Assembly: GCA_963814575.1 (NCBI GenBank)
Contig: CAWFDB010000001.1
Coordinates: 7,194 to 71,193 of the forward strand
Direction of reading: 5' to 3'
Length of the DNA: 64,000 nt
Source of the DNA: an uncultured Bacteroidota bacterium
GTDB taxonomy: Bacteria; Bacteroidota; Bacteroidia; Cytophagales; Cyclobacteriaceae
This document shows positions 1 to 9,105 of this stretch, in pieces (positions within the stretch are counted from its first letter, which is position 1; each line of letters starts with the position of its first letter). Made by a program: the position numbers and the translations under genes. Below the pieces are notes generated by a model. The model searched no databases, was not told the origin of the DNA, and was given only the letters and a program-made list of their open reading frames with translations.

Positions 1-61
1 TTTTTTAACGTTGGGGACTTAAACAGGGACATCTTAAATAAAATGAGTTTAGACCAACGCC

Positions 62-192
62 CCACAACAGCATGTTTCTGCAATGGTGCCGTGACGAGTT
101 GGTTTTAAGTTTTATCTTCGTTCAACGTTTTGGTTTCGTGGGACAGGACGCGGCTTCGGAAAGGCACCACTGCAGAAACACAAACGTTGTGG
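62..192 (+). repeat. attC-like repeat R1
   Basis: CCACAAC-agca-TGTTTCTGCAATGGTGCC...GGCACCACTGCAGAAACA-caaac-GTTGTGG. Confidence 0.9.
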
Positions 193-218
193 TAATGCCT
201 TCAGGACCAGATTAGACC

Positions 219-1063
219 ATGAAAATCAAAGGACTTATAATTACTATTTCACTAGCAATCACAGTATCGTGTGAGACGAAAAAGGCGAGCCAGACAGATC
301 TGACACCAAGACTTAGTGAAATCGGTTTTAGTGGATTAGGGGACAGAGATGCGAAGTCGGACAAATGATAAATTTAATTTCACAAACTGACCCAAAGGCG
401 ATTGGGGGTAAATTTTTCTCTTACACCGATGAAAGAGCCACACCATTGTGATACAACTCTAAGACAAGCAATTACAAATTTTGGGTAAAGTCAATTTTAG
501 TTGAAGGTTTTGAAGGAGGAAAGCATGTTACATCGAATGAATCACTTTATGAACGTAGCAATGTTGTCAGGTCCGACAGGACTTTCGCAGGATGAAAACG
601 AAATCACAGACACATACTACCGACTAATAGACCATCGCGGAAGGTGGGAGTATCAGCTTTTCCCGTTTTCCACCTTGCATTGGCAATACGACCCGACACG
701 GGATTCCAGAGCTTGCAGCTAAGTCTTCTCCCCGGACTATCCAATTAGGTTTTTTACTACGCAACTGGGGACTTTTAAAGTAATTGACGGACTAAAAGGA
801 GTTCAAGACAACCAGGAATTATTTTAAGGATAAGTATTGTCGTCATTGGGTCAATGGGGACGAGGCAGTTGGACAACCATCTTTAAGACCCCTGTGACTG
901 AAAAGTCTTCTGACAAAAGCTTCGGAACTGTCATTATTGCCAATGTCTAATCCTTGACATTTTTCTTAATGACTTTAGATTCGAGATCGAAATGTTCCCA
1001 ATTGAAAGAAATATGTACTGAGTTTTATAAAGGCGAACAACAAAAGACTAAAAATAAAGAGTA
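219..1063 (+). pseudogene. Cassette C1: putative lipoprotein, multiply frameshifted
   Basis: MKIKGLIITISLAITVSC lipobox-like start; broken frames; end approximate. Confidence 0.45.
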
Positions 1064-1081
1064 GACAGAGAAGGCACTACC

Positions 1082-1212
1082 ACCCAACAACATGTTTCTG
1101 CAATGGTGCCGTGACGAGTTGGTTTAAAGTTTTATCTTCGTTCAACGTTTTCGTTTCGTGGGACAGGACGCGGCTTCGAAAAGGCACCACTGCAGAAACA
1201 CAAACGTTAGGG
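1082..1212 (+). repeat. attC-like repeat R2
   Basis: Near-identical core to R1; ends GTTAGGGGC. Confidence 0.9.
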
Positions 1213-1309
1213 GCAATAGTATGAATCGACCAACACGACAATTAAGTTTAATAGCATTGACATTTGAGTTTCGGGTCAATTGGTCACCCCGTCGACAGAC
1301 AGCAGAACA

Positions 1310-1745
1310 ATGAAAAATTTGCCGGAAACAAATTTCATTCAACTTGACCCATGACAAAATTCCCCAGCGTCAAAGCATTTATTCGGTTCCGTGGGACAAT
1401 TGCAGACGACAACGACTCTTGGTATTGTTAGATAGTTTACTTACGACCAATTAGCAGGGACGGGACCATTTTATTTTCTAAAATGACGCGGACTATTGAG
1501 AAAGTATTCTGATGGAGCCTACTTTGACTCTAGGACTGATTGGAAAACAATACTTGGAGCACAAGTCAGAGGACAATTGTTACAAATGCCATGGACGAAC
1601 CCATTGTACATGACAAGGACTTAGAGAATTGGGCGACGATAGTTGCAGGAGCAATTCATTTATGAGCCGAGGGACTAGAGAAGGAGGAATTGGACCGGAG
1701 ATTAGAAAAGCAATGATTTCAAATTGATGTTCCGCGGACAAGTGA
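1310..1745 (+). pseudogene. Cassette C2: frameshifted hypothetical gene
   Basis: ATG at 1310 and coding-like fragments; no intact ORF. Confidence 0.3.
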
Positions 1746-1788
1746 CGAATTAAAGGCTTTGTAAAAGAGTTGAGTAAATACGGCCAGC

Positions 1789-1918
1789 CCCTAACACAAT
1801 GTTTCTGCAATGGTGCCGTGACGAGTTGGTTTAAAGTTTTATCTTCGTTCAACGTTTCGTTTCGTGGGACAGGACGCGGCTTCGAAAAGGCACCACTGCA
1901 GAAACACAAACGTTATGC
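1789..1918 (+). repeat. attC-like repeat R3
   Basis: Same core; GCCCCTAAC...GTTATGCAT. Confidence 0.9.
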
Positions 1919-2379
1919 ATCAATTTGCCTGGACAGTGAGTCTACTCATCACCTGAGCACTATTAACGTCGGACCCAGAACTGTTATTGACCGGAGTTGT
2001 ACCGAGACACTCGTTGACCCAACGCGGTAATGAGACTTTGAGGACCGTGGAGACAGGATACCTATTTAGGCGCATTAGAGACAAAGACTGATGACAGAAC
2101 CAACAAGACGACATAGCTCATCAAATCTGAGATGTTGAGACAGTTAGGGATAATGATAAATCCCTTCTGAGATTAACAATACTTAGTAGATGGACGCACT
2201 TCGATACGACTCGGACTTTTTATCAATGACACTGACAATTTTCCTGGAACTTTATCGAAATTAAAGTGGGACGTAGACTGGATTTTCCAAAGAATTTATA
2301 CTTTTTCCCTTTCGGACGATCATGAATTGACAGACAAAGCAGTGGATGGATAATTATTTAAGGGTCACGGGCGGATAAT

Positions 2380-2509
2380 GCATAACACCATGTTTCTGCA
2401 ATGGTGCCGTGACGTGTTGTTAGTAAGTTTTATCTTCGTTCAACGCTATTGTTTCGGGGACAGGACGCGGCTTCGGAAAGGCACCACTGCAGAAACACAA
2501 ACGTTGGTG
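2380..2509 (+). repeat. attC-like repeat R4
   Basis: Same core; ATGCATAAC...GTTGGTGGC. Confidence 0.9.
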
Positions 2510-2830
2510 GCAATTTGGTTAGGCTCCGTGGAGAGTGACACGTTGGACGTTGACGTTTTCCACGACAGAGAACAAATAAAAGAACAACGCGGACAGTTCG
2601 ACAACACGTGGACTAGGACTCAGTTCGCAGACGAATAAAGACAAAAGAATGCCGGGACGAAGGAGAAAGTTTCTTGCTCCGTTGACAACTTGGACTGAGA
2701 AAGACAGGGAAAAGGAAAAGGAAAAGAATAGATAGTTTTGAGTCGGGTGATAGCGACTAACATGATTGAAGTTGGAATACCAAACAGCCACCAACACCAT
2801 GTTTGCGAATTCTATGGTAAAACCTAATAC

Positions 2831-3837
2831 CTAAGCAGCCTTTTTTAGGAAGTTTTTATCATATAGTTCATTTCTTTTCACAACGGCAAAAACTCTGTCA
2901 ATCAACTTAAACCTTATCGCGTTGAGGATACTCATGGGGTTCTTTCCTTCTGCCTTTTTACGTTCATAGTATAGTTTAATTTCCGGATTATAGACACTGG
3001 CATTCAAGGCGGCCATGTGTAACAGGGACTTCATTTTATGATTTGCCAAATAATGAACCTTCGTTTTCCCTCGATAGCGACTGCCACTGGTATATTCAAA
3101 CGGTGCAACCCCGCAATAGCAAGCATATTTACGGCTATCACTGAACAGCTTCATTCCTTGAGTAGTTACCAGTATATGTGCTGAGGTCTGAGGTCCAACA
3201 CCAGGTACACTTTCTATCAATCTGGCTTGTTCTTTTAACTCAATATCAGATTTTATAGTGTCCCTGATGATCACATCCATTTGCTCTATGTTTGCTTGCA
3301 ATTGGCGTATCAATTTCCTGTTCTGCATACGCGCTTCTTTTGTAAAATCTTGCGGCAATGCTTCCATACTCTCCATGACGAGATCTGTTTGCCGCTTCAT
3401 GTCAACCATTCTTTCACGCTGAGAAAGCTGAATTTTAAGCTTTTGAAGGCTCTCCGTTGGCAAATGAAACTCTGGTAGACTGTCTTGAAATCGTACTGCA
3501 TATTGGGCAATTACCCGTGCATCCGCTTTGTCATTCTTTCCCCTGATGATACCCATACTCCGCTTGATGGCCAGCGCGTTTACCATGGCCTGGGCAATAT
3601 TCCTTTCTTGTAGAAAGCTGTTTAGTCCATAGCTGTAAACGCCTGTGTGTTCCATGCAAAACAACCAGTCGTCACTATTAACCTCTGTTTGCTTCTTAAC
3701 AAATTTAATGAGCTTGGTAAATCCCGCAACTGTGTTGTGAATGCGGAGCGCGTGTCCTTCTTGACTTCCAATAGCAATACATGTGCATCGAGCCAGGATT
3801 TGCTTACATCAATTCCGATGATGACTTTCTTTTCCAT
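2831..3837 (-). CDS. IS110 DEDD recombinase/transposase (1-nt frameshift near 3775, possibly a read error)
   Basis: GIDVSK, MEHTG, KNDKAD, VPGVG and YTSG motifs; 1 nt shorter than copy 2. Confidence 0.92.
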
Positions 3838-3865
3838 TACGATTATATTTATATTGTTATAAAAA

Positions 3866-4040
3866 AGGCGCACACACTATTACTCTTAACAGGACCGACA
3901 TCCTGATATTCTATTTGGTGCTGTGAACCTACCTGAACAAGAAAGAGGACCTGATTCAGCAAAATAGGTTGTGCCTAGCAATGGTGATAGGTTACCTCTT
4001 TCTTTCAGGTAATTTAGTAAGCTTTCTACCGAGATGTAAA
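3866..4040 (-). ncRNA. Putative bridge RNA, copy 1
   Basis: Two stem/internal-loop/hairpin modules whose loops match the target and donor junctions. Confidence 0.8.
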
Positions 4041-4327
4041 CCTAAGAGCAATGGTGGCGTGACATCAAGGTAGTTTAAAGTTTTATTTTCGTTCGAACGT
4101 TTGGTTTCGTGGGACAGGACGCGGCTTCGGAAGCCACCACTGCACAAACACAAACGTTGTGGCCAATTGGGTTGGTTCGGTAGACAGAGACGTGTATGCC
4201 GACAATGACGATTGATAGAAAAAAATCAACTTTTCTCCGCAGACGGTGGAGTTGGACAAATGAACCCCTTTAAATTAATCCGCAAAAAGTTAAGAGACTT
4301 ATGACAAAAGATCAATTGGACACAACA

Positions 4328-4804
4328 ATGAAAAAAATAAAACTTAGAACGCTGACAGTGTTAATGGTTTTAGTTACAACTGTTTTCGCTACAAGTTGTA
4401 ACCAAAAGTCGACCGAAAATAATTCAAAAACTAAAACGGCTGACCTGTTGGTTCTTGAAAAGGAGATTGAATTAAGGTTGCGAGAATATGAAAGTCTTTT
4501 ACAAAAAGGAGACTCAATTTCTTTGGGAGATATGTATACGCTTGATGCTGAAATAATACCTTCTACTCTTGGCAGAGAAAATATTATAAAGGCTTTTGGA
4601 CGTATGATTCGAAATGGTATTACCGGTAATTTTAAAACGACAGAATTGTGGGGTAACGAAGAATTACTTGTAGAAGAAGGAAAGGGAAGTTGGTCAAACA
4701 AAAACGGAGAAATTGTAGGGCGTGGAAAGTATTTACTTATTTGGAGAAAGGATGATGGAAAATGGAAAATATTGAGAGATACCTGGTTTCCTGAAAAGAA
4801 ATAA
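4328..4804 (+). CDS. Cassette C5: NTF2-like (DUF4440/YybH) lipoprotein
   Basis: Lipobox FATSC; MYTLDA...GKYLLIWRKDDGKWKILRD. Confidence 0.8.
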   Translation: MKKIKLRTLTVLMVLVTTVFATSCNQKSTENNSKTKTADLLVLEKEIELRLREYESLLQKGDSISLGDMYTLDAEIIPSTLGRENIIKAFGRMIRNGITGNFKTTELWGNEELLVEEGKGSWSNKNGEIVGRGKYLLIWRKDDGKWKILRDTWFPEKK

Positions 4805-4959
4805 CTCACCAACACTTGAATTAAAATCTATCGACAATACAATATTGGCGCATGACGAAAGGACTATCGTGTTGGGTTTCGTGGACAGTGGACAAATCGT
4901 AGACTAAAAAAAACGAAAAATAAAATAACGTGTGACGATAGCTGACGAAACCCAACTGG

Positions 4960-5094
4960 CCACAACAAAATGTTTACATATGCCATGCAGGGGTTTAGTG
5001 TTGCCATTTAAGTGCAATCAACTAATTTAGCATATCAACGTGGGACAGTGGCGCGTTTCAAAAACCCTGCACGTCATATGTACAAACGTTGGCG
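4960..5094 (+). repeat. Divergent attC-like repeat R6
   Basis: CCACAAC...ACATATG..TGCAGGG / CCCTGCA..CATATGT-acaaac-GTTGGC; same architecture, different stem sequence. Confidence 0.8.
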
Positions 5095-5143
5095 CGCAAT
5101 TGTTCCCGGGACAAATTGATTTTCGAATTAAAGAACGACCCCA

Positions 5144-5528
5144 GTGAGAATTGAAAGAGTATTAGTAATTGGACTTCTGCTTTTAATCTTCGGACTCATT
5201 TTCGGGACTGTTGATGTTTTACCGATTCTTCATAACAAAGTTAAGACGTTGACATTATGGACCTTTCTCAATTGACTTTTGGACAAGCGTAGAGTTATAT
5301 TCAAAGGACCATTGTAATAGAAAGGAATTTTTGATGCACTTAGGAGACATTATGTTTTGGACCGATATTCACGCTAGAGAAATTAACATTTCATTATCTA
5401 GCAGGTGGAAACATGAAAAATCTAAAAGATGGAATAGTTCAGATGAAACAGAAAAACAGGGACATCGACTTTACATCTTTGTCGACATAATTGAGCCTCG
5501 CAGGTGGCGGACTTTGAAAAGAGAATAA
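5144..5528 (+). pseudogene. Cassette C6: small membrane protein, frameshifted
   Basis: GTG start, hydrophobic RVLVIGLLLLIFGLIFG, broken frame. Confidence 0.35.
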
Positions 5529-5628
5529 AAAGGCTGAATTGAACAAGTGGACTTTCAGTAAGGACAGGCAGAGTAGGAACAACTGCCACCAACAGCATGT
5601 TTCTGAATTCTATGGTAAAACCTAATAC

Positions 5629-6636
5629 CTAAGCAGCCTTTTTTAGGAAGTTTTTATCATATAGTTCATTTCTTTTCACAACGGCAAAAACTCTGTCAAT
5701 CAACTTAAACCTTATCGCGTTGAGGATACTCATGGGGTTCTTTCCTTCAGCCTTTTTACGTTCATAGTATAGTTTAATTTCCGGATTATAGACACTGGCA
5801 TTCAAGGCGGCCATATGTAACAGGGACTTCATTTTATGGTTTGCCAAATAATGAACCTTCGTTTTCCCTCGATAGCGACTGCCACTGGTATATTCAAACG
5901 GAGCAACCCCGCAGTAGCAAGCATATTTACGGCTATCACTGAACAGCTTCATTCCTTGAGTAGTTACCAGTATATTCGCTGAGGTCTGTGGTCCAACACC
6001 AGGTACACTCTCTATCAATCTGGCTTGTTCTTTTAACTCAATATCAGATTTTATTGTATTCCTGATGATCACATCCATTTGCTCTATGTTTGTTTGCAAT
6101 TGACGTATCAATTTCCTGTTTTGAATACGCGCCTCTTTTGTAAAATCTTGCGGCAATGCTTCCATACTCTCCATGGCGAGATCTGTTTGCCGTTTCATGT
6201 CCACCATTCTTTCACGCTGAGAAAGCTGAATTTTGAGCTTTTGAAGGCTCTCCGTTGGCAAATGAAACTCTGGTAGACTGTCTTGAAATCGTACCGCATA
6301 TTGGGCAATTACCCGTGCATCCGCTTTGTCATTCTTTCCCCTGATAATACCCATGCTCCGCTTGATGGCCAGCGCGTTTACCATGGTCTGGGCAATACTC
6401 CTTTCTTGTAGAAAGCTGTTTAGTCCATAGCTGTAAACTCCTGTGTGTTCCATGCAAAACAACCAGTCGTCACTATTAACCTCTGTTTGCTTCTTAACAA
6501 ATTTAATAAGCTTAGTGAAACCTGCAACTGTGTTGTGAATCCGGAGCGCGTGTCCTTCTTGACTTCCAATAAGCAATACATGTGCATCGAGCCAGGATTT
6601 GCTTACATCAATTCCGATGATGACTTTCTTTTCCAT
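5629..6636 (-). CDS. IS110 DEDD recombinase/transposase, intact (335 aa)
   Basis: RuvC-like D-E-D-D residues plus Tnp_20-type VPGVG and SG serine motifs. Confidence 0.95.
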   Translation of the reverse strand: MEKKVIIGIDVSKSWLDAHVLLIGSQEGHALRIHNTVAGFTKLIKFVKKQTEVNSDDWLFCMEHTGVYSYGLNSFLQERSIAQTMVNALAIKRSMGIIRGKNDKADARVIAQYAVRFQDSLPEFHLPTESLQKLKIQLSQRERMVDMKRQTDLAMESMEALPQDFTKEARIQNRKLIRQLQTNIEQMDVIIRNTIKSDIELKEQARLIESVPGVGPQTSANILVTTQGMKLFSDSRKYACYCGVAPFEYTSGSRYRGKTKVHYLANHKMKSLLHMAALNASVYNPEIKLYYERKKAEGKNPMSILNAIRFKLIDRVFAVVKRNELYDKNFLKKAA

Positions 6637-6662
6637 ACGATTATATTTATATTGTTATAAAA

Positions 6663-6836
6663 AGGCGCACACACTATTACTCTTAACAGGACCGACATCC
6701 TGATATTCTATTTGGTGCTGTGAACCTACCTGAATAAGAAAGAGGGCCTAATTCAGAAAATAGGACGTGCCTAGCAATGGTGATAGGTCACCTCTTTCTT
6801 TCAGGTAATTTAGTAAGCTTTCTAACGAGATGTAAA
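6663..6836 (-). ncRNA. Putative bridge RNA, copy 2 (target loop 6728-6806, donor loop 6663-6727)
   Basis: Loops GCAATGGTG and ATTCAGAAA match the target; ATTCTAT and ATTACTCTTA match the donor. Confidence 0.85.
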
Positions 6837-7112
6837 CCTAAGAGCAATGGTGCCGTGACGAGTTGGTTTAAAGTTTTATCTTCGTTCAACGTTTTTGTTT
6901 CGTGGGACAGGACGCGGCTTCGAAAAGGCACCACTGCAGAAACACAAACGTTGGTGGCAATTTGGCCGGGACAATGAAGTCATCTAACAGGTGACACTCC
7001 ACTAAAAAAGATTTTCCACGTGGACAGGTGAGCGGCTTCGGGACAAGGGACTTCGGAAACAAAATGTAGTTGAACAATGAGAAGAGAAATGGCCAACACA
7101 GCTCTAAATCGT

Positions 7113-8088
7113 ATGCAGATGAGAAATTTCTCGTTGTTTCTAATTCTTCTGCTATCGACTTATTCACATTGTTCGGACAGAATCTCAAGAGTTTTAATAA
7201 TGGTTCTTTAAAATTGTACTACGAAGAATATGGTAAAGGACCGGCACTTTACATTTTATCAGGTGGACCAGGAGAAGCACCAGAACATCCCTATCGACAA
7301 ATAGTTGACAGTCTTAAGTCTTTTTATACCTGTATTCTAGATACATCAAAGAGGTTCGGGAAAATCAAGAAACATTCCTATCAATCAGACGACAATATCC
7401 ATCAAGAATTATACTGCAAGATATTGAGCTTATTGAGAAAGCAGCGAGGCGACAAGAAAATTACACTTGTTAGGAATATCATGGGGTGGTTTGCTTGGCT
7501 ATGAATTATGCCGCGCTTCATCCAGAGACTGTTTCAAATCTCATTCTCGTCTGTTCGGCTCCTCCATCCTATACCGTTTGGAATGTACTTTATGATAATC
7601 AGTATGCGAGACGTTCTAAAGTTGAATTGGATTCAATGGACATCCTGCAAAAAATATTCTCAACAAAAACTGAAAGAGAGTTGGACTCCCTTAAAATAGT
7701 AACTCCAAATTGCAAAGAAGTTGTTGCTTACAAGGAATTTATTGCTCTTCATGTTCGGGCTATGTATTATGACAGAAGTAAAATATTCGAGAAAAACTTT
7801 AACGACCTTTTTTACAGTTTCAATTTTCAGCCAATCCCCATTATTGACAAGGAAGTCATTGAGAGTAAGTGGGACATTACGAATGAACTAAGGAAATTGA
7901 AAACACCGGCTCTTATTGTTTATGGCCGACAAGATGACCAGGGAGAATCGACTTTTTATTTACAAAAGGAAAGTTTGAAATTTAGTGAAACACATGTGAT
8001 AGAAAAATGTGGACATGAGATATTGGAAGAACAGCCAACTGAGTTTTTCAGAATACTTATGGACTATGTAAAGAGGACAAAAAACTAA
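7113..8088 (+). CDS. Cassette C7: alpha/beta hydrolase (proline iminopeptidase-like), frameshifted
   Basis: YYEEYGKG..SGGPG, G-x-S-W-G-G region, YGRQD, CGH across frames. Confidence 0.8.
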
Positions 8089-8116
8089 AAAAAGAGTTGA
8101 CCCACGGCCACACAGC

Positions 8117-8247
8117 CACCAACAAAATGTTTGCGCAATGGTGGCGTGACGTGTTAGTTCAAAGTGTTATCTTCGTTCAACGTTTTTGTTTCGTGGAACA
8201 GGACGCGGCTTCGGAAAGGCACCACTGCAGAAACACAAACGTTGTGG
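8117..8247 (+). repeat. attC-like repeat R8
   Basis: GCCACCAAC...GTTGTGGCC. Confidence 0.9.
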
Positions 8248-8274
8248 CCAATTGGGTCAGCTCCGTTGCCAGTG

Positions 8275-8631
8275 ATGACCAAGATAAAAAATAAGCATTT
8301 TAACACAGACACCTTGGACAGGAAACTACTGAATAAGATATTTTGGTTTACCATTATAGTGCTAAGCGCTTATTACTTGTATCGTGGAATTAGATTTAGA
8401 TTCTTCACTGAAGGAAACTTAGAGACAAAAGCTATTTGGTATTACTTTCATCTAGCGACAGCGATTGCACCGTTGGTACTTGGACCGTTCCAATTTTGGA
8501 CGTGGCTTCGTATAAATCATACGACTCTACACAGGACAATGGGCAAAATCTACATAGTTGGCGCTTTACTAGGTGGGCTGACAGCATTTTATCTTGGACT
8601 GACAATTGACTTAGAAGGTTCCATTGTTCCT
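8275..8631 (+). pseudogene. Cassette C8: DUF2306-like membrane protein, 5' part
   Basis: HL..A...LGPFQFW..LR....HR.MGKIY; interrupted after GSIVP. Confidence 0.8.
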
Positions 8632-9105
8632 GCCGGATGAAACATTGAAAGAATCAGAGCCCGCATTATTAAGAAAACTGATGGCCGAGTATGCCCAAAG
8701 CGGCATGCCGCCGGCCTACCTTCCCAAAGGAGAATCATGAACGACAAACAACTTCTGGCTAATTACGGCCTTAAATGGAACCCCTTTTTGCCCAGTATCC
8801 CTGTTGAAGCATTGTGGCATCCTCCCCAGATGAACAGTTTTATTTTTCGTCTTGAGAACATGACCATGAACGGGGGCTTTGCCCTGATCAGTGGAGAACC
8901 CGGTCTTGGTAAATCCAAGACACTGCAGATCATTGCCCATAAGTTCAGTAAACTGGACGAGGTGATTGTAGGAGTGATGGAACGTCCTCAAAGCAGTGTC
9001 AGTGACTTTTACCGGGAAATGGGAGTTTTATTCGGTGTCAATTTAAGCCCTGCCAACCGGTACGGCGGGTTCAAGGATCTTCGGGAGCGCTGGAAAAATC
9101 ATGTA
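8628..9105 (+). repeat. 478-bp direct repeat, copy 1 (= 17436-17913)
   Basis: Identical sequence at offset 8,808. Confidence 0.95.

Larger units (their letters stand above)
2808..4048 (-). mobile_element. IS110-family element, copy 1
   Basis: Ends defined by comparison with uninterrupted repeats and with copy 2; no terminal IRs; one G shared at the junctions. Confidence 0.93.
2789..4162 (+). repeat. attC-like repeat R5, split by IS110 (halves 2789-2807 and 4049-4162)
   Basis: CATGTTTGCG | IS | CAATGGTGGC rejoins into an intact repeat. Confidence 0.9.
5606..6844 (-). mobile_element. IS110-family element, copy 2
   Basis: Same ends (AATTCTATGG...CCTAAGAG) and same insertion point as copy 1. 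Confidence 0.95.
5587..6956 (+). repeat. attC-like repeat R7, split by IS110 (halves 5587-5605 and 6845-6956)
   Basis: CATGTTTCTG | IS | CAATGGTGCC. Confidence 0.9.

Noticed and set aside
1142-2638. Recurring ORFs such as SSFNVSFRGTGRGFEKAPLQKHKR / FLQWCLFEAASCP (also near 6777, 8097, 18252, 21275)
   Set aside because: These are translations through the repeat in varying frames and strands, not a protein family.
4312-4815. 167-aa minus-strand ORF
   Set aside because: Antisense shadow of the NTF2-like gene.
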